A stretch of DNA of 64,000 nucleotides from Squalus acanthias (Eukaryota), in the NCBI GenBank assembly GCA_030390025.1, contig CM059432.1, positions 6,634,001 to 6,698,000 of the forward strand, read 5' to 3'. The notes below the pieces were generated by a model. The model was not told where the DNA came from. It did no database searches and saw only the letters and a program-made list of their open reading frames with translations. The translations under genes were made by a program, and so were the position numbers. Shown in pieces: positions 25,822 through 37,628 of this stretch. Each line of letters starts with the position of its first letter. Within the stretch, counting starts at the first letter, position 1.

Positions 25822-26387
25822 TTTCTTTTTCTTTCTTTAGGCAGTCCCTGGGACCGAGGATGACTTGCTTCCACATTAAAAATGAGTTCTCAGGTGACCG
25901 TCAGTCTCTGTCACAGGTGGGGCAGACGGTGGTTGAAGGGGCGGGTGGGTGGGGTGCTTGGGTTGACGTGCGCTGCCTGCGCTTGGCTTCCGCTTGCTCC
26001 CGGCGAAGAGACTCGAGGTGTTCGGCGCCTTCCCGGATGCTTCTCCTCCACTTTGTGTGGTCTTGGGCCAGGGATTCCCAGGTGTCGGTGGGGATGTTGC
26101 ACTTTTTCAAGGAGGTTTTGAGGGTGTCCTTGAAGCGTTTCCTCTGCCCACCTGGGGCTCTCTTGCCGTGCCGGAGCTCCGAGTAGAGCGCTTGTTTCGG
26201 GAGTCTCGTATCGGGCGTGCGGACAATGTGACCCGTCCATCGGAGCTGATCGAGCGTGGTCAAAGCTTCGATGCTGGGGATGTTGGCCTGAGCAAGAACA
26301 CTGACGGTGTGCCTATCCTGCCAATGGATTTGCGGAGGCAGCGTTGGTGGTACCTCTCCAGTGGTTTGAGGTGCCTGCTGAACAGGT
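25822..26387 (-). mobile_element. RTE-clade LINE 3' fragment inserted in the Harbinger transposase
   Basis: ORF 25901-26263: QLRWTGHIVRTPDTRLPKQALYSELRHGKRAPGGQRKRFKDTLK; 3' end gggactgcctaaagaaag. Confidence 0.92.
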
Positions 26388-26499
26388 AGTCAATGACTAG
26401 CAACACAAAATTCCTGGGCAGCAGTTAAAGCACCTTCATCTGAAGGACAACCCTCTGTGCCTGGGTTATTTGAAGGAGAAGGCAGAAAACCAGGATGGC

Positions 26500-27314
26500 T
26501 GTGTGCTGTCCTTTAGATGTCACTCACTACTGTGGCGATGGTGCCACCGTTTTAGCCATAATTACTCATTTTAGTAGAAAACGTTTTACACACAATACAG
26601 GTAAATATACTTCACATATATATTTACTTCACAAACATCCACTACCATTCAATGTAAAACATCACTGCCTTTCTCTTTCACCAAAGGCATGAATTTATCT
26701 GATACAGCACATCTTAGTGCAGTATCCAAGTTTTCGTTTAGCAGTTGGGAGCGGTACCTTGACTTAACCGGAGAGATTACTGAGAATGTTGGTTCACACA
26801 AGTGAGACCCCCCCCCCCCCCCCCGCTCTCCAATCCAGACCTGCCCCCCGCTCTCCAATCCAGACGTGGTTGAATGTTGCTTGCCCTTCATCATGGTGAC
26901 CTGTTGCAATTGCTCGTTATTCCTTGAGCTTGCTTTCTTCTGTTGGCCTGGAGCAGTTATTGGTCGAGCTGACCAGGATGACTGCTCCCTTCTCTATACA
27001 ATGTTGCAGGTGTTCTCATGGTGCTGAAGTCTGGCGTTTTCACCTTTTGATGCACATCAATTTACCAGATAACCAATAAGCAGTAACTAAGGTAATAAGT
27101 ACATGCAATGATCAAAAAGCATTTGCTCGCTCTGCTTTTTGTCTTACCGTTTTACCCACAAACATGCACAAAGGTTAAAGTACACAAACACATGCAAATA
27201 TGGGTTTTGAGAGCACAGCATCTATTGCTGATTTTTACTTGCTGATCAGAAATACAATTACCCACTGGACTGCCAATCAGCCACCTGTGTTGGCTAATGT
27301 ATTGGACTGCAGTG
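26500..27314. mobile_element. Old insertion splitting the transposase; possibly hAT-Charlie-like
   Basis: Interrupts GWL|LGDxGYPL. Ends tgtgctgtcc... / ...ttggactgcagtg loosely resemble CAGYGCTGTCCAA TIRs. No TSD discernible. Confidence 0.4.
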
Positions 27315-28879
27315 TTGGAAGACCAAGATTACCCTCTTCATCTTTGACCCATGGCACCATTGAGACAGCCACGGACAGCAGCAGAGCGAATGCACGAGGA
27401 GACCCTTGCAGCAAACTAGATCTTTATCGAACAAAATATAGGCATCTTGATCTAGTGCTTCAGATGCTTGGACAGATCGGGAGTGTTTTGCAATATAGTC
27501 CCACCAGAATGTCTAAGATTATTATAGTTTTCTGCATGCTGTGCAATTTTGCCCCTCCACCCCCACCACAGTGAGGCCTAGTAATGGAGCAGGTGGCTGT
27601 GCAGAAGGCAGCCCAGCCATAGCCAATAGTAAAACAAGACACTGATGGTCAGCCATAAGATATTCCTGATGAAACACAGTTGCAGGCAGCAAGAACCGTA
27701 CAGCTGGCTCTCGTAGAGGAGGCCTTCAGCTAAGTGCTACATTCTCCCGTTGCAGTCCATTCCACATGTGCACAATGCAGTGCCTGAAAACTTTGGGAAC
27801 ATTGATCTCTGGACTATCTTGATGGGGAGGCTCCTCTGTTAATCACCAATTACAGATTAATTTTTTGCAATATAACGCCCGATTTCTGACTTGACAATAA
27901 TGGTACTGCGCCTATACTAAATAAATGACCACCTCATTTAACTTCTGCCTCCTTTTCAAAAAGAGCATTGTGTGGTGCTGATTTGCAGTTTTGTTTGAGT
28001 ACACGATCTTGCTCATTTTTGACTTGCAAATTTTTACAGTAAAAGAAAACAAATTTGGGGAATCAAATTTTAAAGGGACAGAATTAATATTGGGTTAGGT
28101 ATTCCAGCTAACTTGGCTTAATCAAAAATAACAAAGAGTGGTAACAATACATCCAGTGCCTCTTAATTGTCCTTTACATCACTTTATCCTTTCACCTACT
28201 TTAGAAGCAGCCAGGGTATAGAGATTCTATACAGAGCCCCTCACTGATGTGATGTTATAAGGCCCCAACATCCCACTGATCCTGAAACCAGACGGGTTCT
28301 TGCTACACTCCTAACCCAGTCCCCAACAAAACTCCATCCCATTCACTCTCTGACTGCAATTAACACTCGCACTCGTTATTGAGGCATTCCACCCAATTGT
28401 GTATAAGTACTGTGTAAATTGTAATGTGGCACTTATTGTATATTGTACTATTAGAAAATGGATACATTTATTTGTGCAACTCAAAAATTAAAAATAGAAT
28501 TCTCCTTCAGTCACATCATGAATGAACATGATTGGCTGTGGGGCGCAGTCCCCGTTCAGCATGATTAATAGGACTTCATGATGCCACATTGAGAAGTTTT
28601 ACACAAAACATCTGCTCCCAAGGTGCCTTTAACTTGCAGTTTTATGTTTCATTTAGTACTTAAACAGATGTTGAATTGCATAGAATTTGAATCCAATGCC
28701 TGTACTTCTGCTAACTTCTGAAAACCACCCTGTTTCAACTATGACTTATTTTTGGATCGGACAAATAGTCGAAGGCACGGCCTCCCTTACTCTAGCTCTC
28801 CCACAGCTGACTTCTGCAGCAACCTTTCTCCTATTTAACTTGGTTTCCCAAAGACCAGGATTGGACCTGTGTATGAACC

Positions 28880-28960
28880 AGAGAGTTGAGCACAAAAATC
28901 TCGGCTGACACTCCAGTGCAGTGCTGAGGGAGTACTGCACTGTTGGAGGTGCCGTCTTTC
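28880..28960 (+). mobile_element. DeuSINE internal fragment
   Basis: ttgagcacaaaaatctcggctgacactccagtgcagtgctgagggagtactgcactgttggaggtgccgtctttc. Confidence 0.85.
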
Positions 28961-29680
28961 ACAAGGACACCCAGGTCTCGTTGCATTTCCCCTTCTCCCA
29001 ATCTATTGCCATTCAGAGAATAGTCTGCCTTTCTTTTTTTGACACCAAAGTGGATAACCTCGCATTTATCCACGTTATATTGCATCTGCCACGCTTCTGC
29101 CCACTCACCCAACCTGTCCAAATCATCCTGGAGTTTCTCAGTATCCTCCTCGGAGCACACACGCCCACCCAGCTTTGTGTCATCTGCAAACTTGGAGATA
29201 TTACGTTTAGTTCCCCTATCCAGATCATTAATGTATATTGTGAATAGCTGGGGTCCAAGGACCGAACCCTGCGGTACCCCACGAGTCACTGCCTGCCGCT
29301 CGGAAAAAGACCCATTAATTCCTACTCTCTGCTTTCTGTCCGCCAACCAGTTCTCTATCCAAGTCAATACCTTGCCCCCAATCCCATGTGCCTTAACTTT
29401 ACACGCTAATCTCTTATGCGGGACCTTATTGAAAGCCTTCTGAAAGTCCAAATACACCACATCTACTGGTTCTCCCTTATCTATTTTCCCAGTTACATCC
29501 TCAAAAAATTCCAGTAGATTAGTCAAGCACGATTTACCTTTTGTAAATCCATGTTGACTTTGTCCGATCCTGTCCCTGTTTTTCAAGTGCTCAGCTATTA
29601 CATCTTTTATAATGGACTCTAGCATTTTCCCCACTACCGATGTCAGGCTTACCGGTCTGTAATTCCCCGCTTTCTCTCTA
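28961..29680 (-). mobile_element. CR1 LINE reverse-transcriptase fragment with uninterrupted frame
   Basis: GNYRPVSLTSVVGKMLE...QHGFTKGKSCLTNLLEFFED...GVPQGSVLGP...KFADDTKLGG...QRDLGVLV within ORF 28831-29757. Confidence 0.95.
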
Positions 29681-30479
29681 CAGTAAGTCATTGACAAAGA
29701 GCCACCTCTGTGTGGTAACAGCATATAAGATGATTGCAATGGACAGGTATACAACACAACTGAATATTAGTACCTTTGCAAAGCAAAGAAGAAAAGGATA
29801 TTGTTTTAGAAAAGTCAATGAAAGGCCAACACTGAGATGGTGGAACAGTGCATGTAATTTATGCCAGAGTTAAAATAGGAGATCATCCATGGAGTGGACA
29901 GAGGGGAAAGGCTGATGATAGAAGCCTATGGTGTCTATTATCAATTTGCCTTTATTGGCTACACACGGACTGGTCGCAGAATCCAAGTTTATTGCAATTT
30001 TTTTCTTTTAAAGCAAACAACCCTCATGCTTGTATATGTGTGTGTGGAGTTTTTTGGTACGGTGCACTTACTAGAGCCTGAGCTTAGGTGAATTAATTGT
30101 TCCTAGCCCTCTACCATTATTGCACCTCAGCTAACTGCTGGAATATATATGAGACCAACCTGAGGAAATATTTTCGTATTCTTCATGGAGATACATTCAA
30201 TCTCTTGGTGCTGTTGTGCCTTAGATCAGGACCTCAGTGGAGTGAGTTATCGCCTGTCTCACTATTCTGTGATGGTGCGGATTGGTTCTCCAAAATACTC
30301 TTTGATTTCCACTGTCCACATAGTTGTCTTTGTAATGAGATTTTGTAGTAGTTTACAAGAGTCCCATTTTCGTAAATGTCTAGCATTTTGTTTGCTGCAA
30401 TATGTCCCTCCTGATCCTGTACCCCATTTAATGCTACTTCTCTGCCGACACCTGCAGGATATCCAGGCTCAGTTGAAGG

Positions 30480-31200
30480 GATTCTAAAAGAGCTTTTTGG
30501 AGAGGTGAGCATGGAGCTGGGTGGTGATCACAGGTTCACAGACCTTGGAGAGGAAAGGGAGGTTAGATATGGGTCCGGAATTGAAAAGGATAAAAGGGGT
30601 TTTTGTTGAAGAGGGGGAGATGATGGCAGTTTTGAAGGGGAGAGGGAATGGTACCTCAGCAAAAGATTATATTGATGAGAATTCTCTCCGCCCATCAACC
30701 ACCGTTGATAGCTTGTCCATCAATATGATAGCTTACTTCCACCTCCCTAACATTACTATAAACTTCACCCGACTGCCACCAGAATCCTTATCTATGCTTA
30801 TGTTAACATCAAGACACGACTTGTCCAATGCCTCCTTGCTTGCCTCTTGAGCTCCAACCTATACAAACTTCAACTTTTCCTAGACTTCACTCTCCACATC
30901 TTTCCCTGCATTAAAGCTTGCCTGCCCATCACTCCTGCCCTTGCTGACTTTTACTGGCTCTGTCGCCAAATTCAAAATTCTTGCTTACAAATTCCGACCA
31001 CCCTACACCTCCAACCTCCTCTCGTCCTTTGTCCGAGCCTGCATCCTATGGTCCTTTGACTGCAGCCCTCTGTGCATCTTCGCTGCCTGATTTGCTAGTT
31101 GATGACCTCTTCACTCCTTCCTAACCATTTACCCTTGCTACTTCCCTCCCACCTTGCAGCACTGTTGAATATTTTATTCTGTTTGAAGGCTGCAGACGTG
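30480..31200. mobile_element. Degraded L2 fragments (minus ~30480-30650; plus ~30680-31200)
   Basis: accttggagaggaaagggaggttagatatggg (reverse complement of PISNLPFLSKV); plus-strand KLQL...PITPALAD.YWL remnant. Confidence 0.6.
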
Positions 31201-31715
31201 CAAGTTTTTATTTTGAAGGTTTTCTTTGGAGGGGACATAATTTTTTTTTTTTAAGTTTATACTTTGCTGCCGTGGGAGTGGTTAACATTGGTTTCAAATA
31301 ATTTGAAACCTTTTGGTTTCCAGTAGAGTGAGAAGGTAGAAAGAGACAATTCTTGATCAATCTTATCTATTGGATTGATAAGCTTTAGACAAAGTTCAAA
31401 ACTTTATAACCACGGTGACTTGAGTAGCTAGCAGCATGTCCAAAATAATTTATTTAGATAACTTCTTTCAGTTCAGTTCAGTAGTGTGATACGATTCATT
31501 TTGCTCTTGGTTGTGAGGTATCTTGAAGTGTTAACAGATTCAATGATTAATGCACATTCTGTGGCATGTAAGATAAGCCAGAGCTCTCAACTATATTTCT
31601 ACAAAAGGGTAAAGTTTTGGTTCTTCCATAGCTTGATAGGGAATGTTATTGATGGTGTCAAGACATATAAGGCTAAACATTCAGCAGATTCCTTTGCGTG
31701 GGAGGAAGTACTGCA

Positions 31716-32027
31716 ATAACAACAACTTGCATTTATATAATACCTTTAATGTAGTAAAACGTCCGAAGGCGCTTAACAGGAGCGATTATCAAACACAAAA
31801 ATTTGACACCGAGCCACATGAGATATTAGGACAGGTGACCAAAAGCTTGGTCCAAGAAGTAGGTTTTAAGGAGCGTCTTAAAGGAAGAGTGAGAAATGGA
31901 GATGCGTAGAGTTTAGGGAGGGATTTCCAGAGCTTCGGAACGAGGCTGCTGAAGACACGCCTGCTAATGGTGGAGCGAAGAAAATCAGGGATGCGCAAGA
32001 GGCCAGAATTGGAGGAGCGCAGAGATT
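31716..32027 (-). mobile_element. L2 LINE 3' end
   Basis: aacaacaacttgcatttatata...gaccaaaagcttggtc...aggttttaaggagcgtcttaaagg. Confidence 0.85.
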
Positions 32028-32291
32028 TGTGTCCATCACTTTCTCTGCTGTTCAGCTTCTCCTAAATCCTGGGGACTGGGTGATTTGGATACTTGGGGGT
32101 GGATGCCCATGACTGTCGTGGTGCTACAGAGACGTCCACCCTACCAAAGGGTCGGAAATCACAACAACAGCCTGCCAAGCAGAGTTTCCAGGCTATCATT
32201 TTTATTTTTCCCGCATGTACACATGATTTTGTCTGCAGTACCGTTCTGCAAGTGAACATTTAGGACTGTGATGTACTTCAGTCTAGCATCT

Positions 32292-32783
32292 AACAACAAC
32301 AACTTGTATTTATATAGCGCCTTTAACGTAGTGAAACGACCCTTCACAGGAGTGTTATAAGACAAAAAATTTGATACCGAGCCACATAAGGAGAAATTAG
32401 GGCAGGTGACCAAAAGCTTGGTCAAAGAGGTAGGTTTTAAGGAGTGTCTTAAAGGAGGAAAGAGAGGCGGAGAAGTTTAGGCAGGGAATACCAGAGCTTA
32501 GGGCCAAGACAACAGAAGGCAGGGCCACCAATGGTTGAGCTATTATAATCAGGGATCCTTGAGGGCAGAATTGGAGCAGCGCGGATATCTTGGGGGGTGT
32601 TGAAGGAGATTACAGAGATAGGGAGGGGCGAGGCCACGGAGGGATTTGAAAACAAGGATGAGAATTTTGAAATCGAGGCGTTGCTTAACCGGGAGCCAGT
32701 GTAGGTCAGCCAGCACAGGGGTGATGGGTGAAAGGGACTTGGTGCGGGTTAGGACACGGGCAGCCGAGTTTTGGATCACCTCT
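32292..32783 (-). mobile_element. L2 LINE 3' end
   Basis: (AAC)n tail; peptide IQNSAARVLTRTKSLSPITPVLADLHWLPVKQRLDFKILILVFKSLRGLAPPYL. Confidence 0.92.
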
Positions 32784-33749
32784 AAGCTTCACTGTCTAGC
32801 CTGATGATCAAAATCTGGCTTTGATTTTTTTTCCCCCCAAGGGACATTTCTCGCACTGTTTAAAAAAAAAAGCTAATGGAGGCAATGACTGTTGCATTTG
32901 AGCCCCGAATACTACAGTGGCCCATTCACATTATTTAGCTGTGCTTGCCTCTTGATTTATTACCATCAGCTCCACTGTAACAAAGCCCAAAAACTTCCCG
33001 TCTGACTCCCAAGTAATGTGGCAATTCTACTGCGATGCACTTTACCTCATTCCTGTTGCTAATTTTGTACTAACTTGCACCATTATGGTAGAATTAAAAC
33101 AGGGTCTGTTTATAGAGCATTTATAACATAACAGCTGTCTTTCTCTAGGAGGCTCAGTACATCCTTATGCCGCCTTTTAACTTGCAAGTAGTTATAATGC
33201 TTCATGGATGTTGTTGAGGGGACCTCGATTAGATAGACATACTGGATCTTTGGCACAAGAACTATAAATATTTTTGTACTTTACTGGTGTTATTCTCTTA
33301 ATAGCCTCATGACTCCTCTGTTTTCCAGTGCCAGTTCAAAGGCCCTCTTCATCATTCTTGTCCAACTAATTTCTAGCATAGGCCTGCAGCACCATAACCT
33401 CCAATCTATAATAAATGCCTCTGACGATAAAAATACTATAGTTTTGTTTTTAATCAGTCATAAGGCTATGTTTTATACAAACAGTACCTACAGTAGATTC
33501 CATTCAAGTTGGTAATGTTCCTTCCCTGCTGATATAATGTTGCCAATGTGAAAAACAACCTTTTTTGGTCTGGGTTTCATACCACTTTCAAGCTGGTGTC
33601 TTGAAAGTGTAAACACAGGTGGTGTGACACCAAGATAATCACAATAGCATTTAACATTTTTGTGGCAGCCGAGATGGTATGTCCATTTATAGTTGATGTC
33701 AACTCAGTTGGCATTCACACAGTGTTCCCAAATACTTAAAGTTCAAGAT

Positions 33750-34129
33750 AAGAAAGAAAGACTTGCATTTCTATAGCGCCTTTCACGACTTCAGGACGTC
33801 CCAAAGTGCTTTACAGTCAATGAAGTACATTTGTGGTGTAGTCACTGTTGCAATGTAGGAAACGCGGCAGCCAATTTGCGCACAGCAAGCTCCCACAAAG
33901 AGCAATGTGATAATGACTGGATAATCTGTTTTTTAGTAATGTTGATTGAGGGATACATTTTGGCCAGGACACCAGGGATAACTCCCCTGCTCTTCTTCGA
34001 AATAGTGCCATGGGATCTTTTGCGTCCACCTGAGAGGGCAGACGGGGCCTCAGTTTAACGTCTCATCTGAAAGATGGCTCCTCCGACAATGCAGCACTCC
34101 CTCAGTACTGCACTGGAGTGTCAGCCTAG
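33750..34129 (-). mobile_element. DeuSINE (SacSINE1-like), head missing
   Basis: Reverse complement of the 5921-6389 family. Confidence 0.9.
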
Positions 34130-34739
34130 CATAAAGTGTGTCTTAAGGCTGCCCTGCCCCTTCTGCGCTTGTACTGGGTCTCATTGATGGAGGGCTTGGT
34201 GCATTATGAATGCATTGTAAACAGGCTTGCTCTCGTCCTACTAAGGCAGAACTGGGCCTGAAGACTGAGGTAAAAGTGTATCATATCATTTGTGTGCCAA
34301 GAAATTATAGTCAGAATAGCTGCTAGTTGGAATGAAATAGCTTCTTGTCTCTGATTTGAGGAAAAGCTCTCTTGACGAGTCATATCACTGTAATAATATT
34401 CAGCTTTTGGCTTTAGTTGTATTTTATTTTGGGCGAGGGGGTGCAGCAGTAAAACAATAATACGTAGTTGATACTTGCATCAGTTTATTTGCATTATGCA
34501 TCATTAAGAAAAAGGCAGTTGTGCATGCCACTATATTACTCCACACAAGAACCAGAATAAAAAGCACTCTTTGTTATGGGGCAACTGTTTTTGAAGGTCA
34601 GATCAGATCTCTAATCAGGTAAAATCTGCCCTTCAGAATGCAGTATAGTCTTGTTGATGTCTGTGTTATAAATCAGCACTGATTTAAAGGCTCTGTTCTG
34701 CGAATCAACCTTCATTTATATAGCTTCTTTAACGTAGGA

Positions 34740-34960
34740 AAACATAAGAACGTGAGAAATAGGAGCAGGAGTCGGCCATACGACCCCTGGAGCCTGCTCC
34801 GCCATTCAATAAGATCATGGCTGATCTTCGACCTCCACTCCACTTTCCCGCCCTATCCTCATATTCCTTGATTCCCTGAGTGCCCAAAAATCTATCGATC
34901 TCAGTCTTGAATATACTCAACGACTGAGCATCCACTGCCTGCTAGGTTAGAGATTTCCAA
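34740..34960 (-). mobile_element. CR1 LINE 3' end
   Basis: aacataagaac...ataggagcaggagtcggccatacgacccc...cagtcttgaatatactcaacgactgagc. Confidence 0.85.
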
Positions 34961-36515
34961 AACGTCCCAACGTGCTTCACAGAAGCATAGTCAGAGAAAC
35001 AAAATTGACAAAGAGGAAGATATTAGGAGATGTGACTAAAAGATTGGTCGCAGAGGTAGGTTTTGAAAATGAGGGATAGGCGTGGAAGAATAGGGAGGGA
35101 ATTCCAGAGCAATAGGGCCTTGACGGCTAAAGGCACAGCTGTCAATGCTGGGGCAAGGGGAGTGAACGATGCAGAAGAGGCCAGAGTTGGAGGGGTGCAG
35201 AGCTCCTGGAGGGTTGTAAGGCTGCAGGAGGTGACAGAGAAAGGGAGGGCCGAGGCCCTGAAGGGATTTGAACATGAAGATGAGAATTTTAAATTCGAGG
35301 CGACCGGGAGACAATGTAGGACAGCGAGCACAGTGGTGATCGGTGAGCAAGACCTGGTGTGGGTCAGGGTATGGGCAGCAGCTTTTTGGATGAGTTCATA
35401 TTCATGGAGAGTGGAAGATGGGAGGCTGTCTGGAAGGGCATTGCAGTGGTCGAGTCCGGAGGTGACAAAAGTATGGATGAGGGTTTCAGCAGCAGATGGG
35501 CTGGGATGGGGCAGAGATGGAAGTAGGTGGTCTCTGTGATGGAGAGGATATGGGGTCAGAAGCTTAGCTTGGGATCAAACAGGTTCCGAACAATCTGGTT
35601 CAGCCTGAGACGGTGCCCAGGGAGCGGGGTGGAATCGGTGGCGAGGGAACAAAGTATTTTTTGGTGGGGGGAGTGGGGGGGCTGAAGACAATGGGCTAGA
35701 TTTTGTCATTGGGGCGGGCTGGGGTCGTGTCATCCACTTTTCGTGTTAGCCACCCGACTCCAATTGGATGTGGGAAAATTATTCGATTTTCCCCTAATTG
35801 GGCAATTGAGTTCCAGCATGTGGGAACCCATGACCCAATTAGTGTTTTCAGACTGAAAGTCGCCACTGATGATGTCATCATTGCTGCTGCATTTAAGGCC
35901 TGCAAAGACTGGGAAGCTTTTGGCCTTTGCTGTGAGAGGGACCTGGAGGCAAAATGAGCAGCAGGAGACCTAAGTCTGCTCCCAGATTTATGGTGGTGGT
36001 GGTGGTGGCGGCGGCGGCTAAAGGTTCCCCCAGACTGATGATTGATCAAATCCAAGTGTGCTACCGCCAGGTTTCACCGTCGTGTGTCAGAGGAGGCATG
36101 CATCACGTCGGAACAGTCTGAAAATCAGAAACGCCTCTCAAAATGGGACTATAGGGGCAATTAAGTGGTTGTTAAGGGCCTATCCCGCCTCTTGGTGGCG
36201 GGACGGAGACGGGATCAGAAACCACGTATTTGGGAAAATTGCTCGGAGGCGAGGTCGGGCCCGCCCGCCATTTTTTGCAATTTTAACACCCCACACGCCT
36301 CCATTCCCGCCTCCTCGGGCCGTGCAAAATCGAGCCCATTATCTTCAGTCTTCCCAATGTTCAGCTGGAGGAAATTGCAGCTCATCCAGAACTAGATGTT
36401 GGACAAGCAGGCCGACAACACAGAGGTAGTGGAGGGGTTGAGAGCGGTGGTAGGGAGAGCTGGATATTTTCAGCGTATATGTGGAACCTAACACCATGCC
36501 TTTGGATGATACCAC
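34960..36515 (-). mobile_element. L2 LINE 3' fragment interrupted by MITE at 35693-36337
   Basis: EFKILIFMFKSLQGLGPPFL peptide; sequence ggctgaagacaat resumes as cttcagtcttcccaatg after the MITE. Confidence 0.8.
35693..36337. mobile_element. Harbinger-type MITE
   Basis: TIRs GGGCTAGATTTTG / CAAAATCGAGCCC; flanks AAT/ATT; inserted into L2. Confidence 0.85.
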
Positions 36516-36721
36516 ACCAGCCATTGATGTGTCTCTGAATAAGGCTTGTCAACTTTAGTATTGCCTTGTGACAAACTGTGGCCAGTCATTTTCTGTGTCC
36601 TGTATTCTCCAGCACTTGGTTAAGACTTCCCAGATAAATTTCACTGAGCTCCCTCTTCGCCACTAAAGAAGGAAGCACACTATCAGTTTGAAACTCGGGT
36701 CTCAGAAGTGAAAGGGCAGTA

Positions 36722-37319
36722 CAGTCCCCACCAGTTATAACGGGCGCATTCATGCCAATACGCTTTGCCCGTTATATGCGATGGCCGGTATAACAGCTGA
36801 AGTGAAGCCAGATCTGCCTCCCCAATATCAAAATTAAATTTAGCAGTACCCCACAAAAACAAGAACAAAAGCAGCAGACAGTAACATTGTCAAAGCATAT
36901 TCCTGTATTCAGATCATTTTTCAAAGACGTCCTCAGTATTTAATATTTAATTACAAAACGGAGCCAGAATATGTCAAGCTCGACAAGCCAGCAAGTAGGG
37001 CTCGCAGCAGTGGCAAGAGTTCCAGAGGCTTTTAAAACAAATTTCCTCTTGTTAAACTTCAAGAAACGCTTTCTTCAGTCAGGGAAAGTAAACTGAGGAA
37101 TGCTCAAAGTGAAATTCCTGCTTGCAAGCAGCGAGTAATGACGGGTAATCGCGAGGTGTGAACAGCCGCTTGAACTGCACGATATAGTCGGCTTGCTTAA
37201 TACGGTTTAAGCGGCGCCTTGGCAATTGACGCCTGTGGTAATGGCAAATGGTCAGTGGCATTGGCCCGTTCTAGGTGGCTGTCTGTGATGAGCAGAGACA
37301 GTGTAAGTGGTGGGGACTG
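36722..37319. mobile_element. Tc1/mariner (pogo/Tigger-like) MITE, ~600 bp, TA TSD
   Basis: TA|CAGTCCCCACCAGTTA ... TAAGTGGTGGGGACTG|TA; subterminal palindrome tataacgggc...gcccgttata at ~36736-36776. Confidence 0.8.
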
Positions 37320-37414
37320 TATATTCATCCCTACACAATTCTCCCACCCACAACTGCAGTTAGTTAATAAATGGATGCCAATAACATTGAAATCTATAGT
37401 CAGTTATCCAATTT

Positions 37415-37628
37415 CTTCTTCTTAGGCAGTCCCTCGGAACCGAGGATGACTTGCTTCCACATTAAAAATGAGTTCGCAGGTGACTGATGAGTCCAATGCG
37501 GGACCTACAGTCTCTGTCACAGGTGGCCTGACGTTCCAGGTCCCGAACTTCATTTTAAAGGGTGGAAGATGCCTGTGCGTGAATTCTTTTAACGTGGGGT
37601 GGCCGTTGCACACCAGCTGCCACACGGG
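37415..37628 (-). mobile_element. Internally deleted RTE (ORF start fused to 3' end)
   Basis: Reads ...HLPPFKMKFGTWNVR (APE N-terminus) directly followed by PPVTETVGPALDS and the 3' tail seen at 63035-63145. Confidence 0.8.

Larger units (their letters stand above)
25600..27560 (+). pseudogene. Harbinger (HARBI1-like) DDE transposase fossil in three pieces (~25700-25820, ~26390-26500, ~27315-27555)
   Basis: Collinear motifs FLNVSDSIDGCHV, FMNHEGFSSINV | NTKFLGSS, SVPGLFEG...PGWL | DQDYPL, PLRQPRTAAERMHEE, IEQNIGIL, CFRCLDRSG, LQYSPTRMSKIIIVFCMLCNFA, with stops and frameshifts. Confidence 0.85.

Noticed and set aside
26810..26866. Poly-C plus 21-bp tandem duplication (cccccgctctccaatccagac x2)
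   Set aside because: Ordinary slippage duplication inside an old insertion.
28831..29757. 308-aa ORF as a host or intact RT gene
   Set aside because: Truncated CR1 RT piece with read-through into flanking sequence and a SINE.
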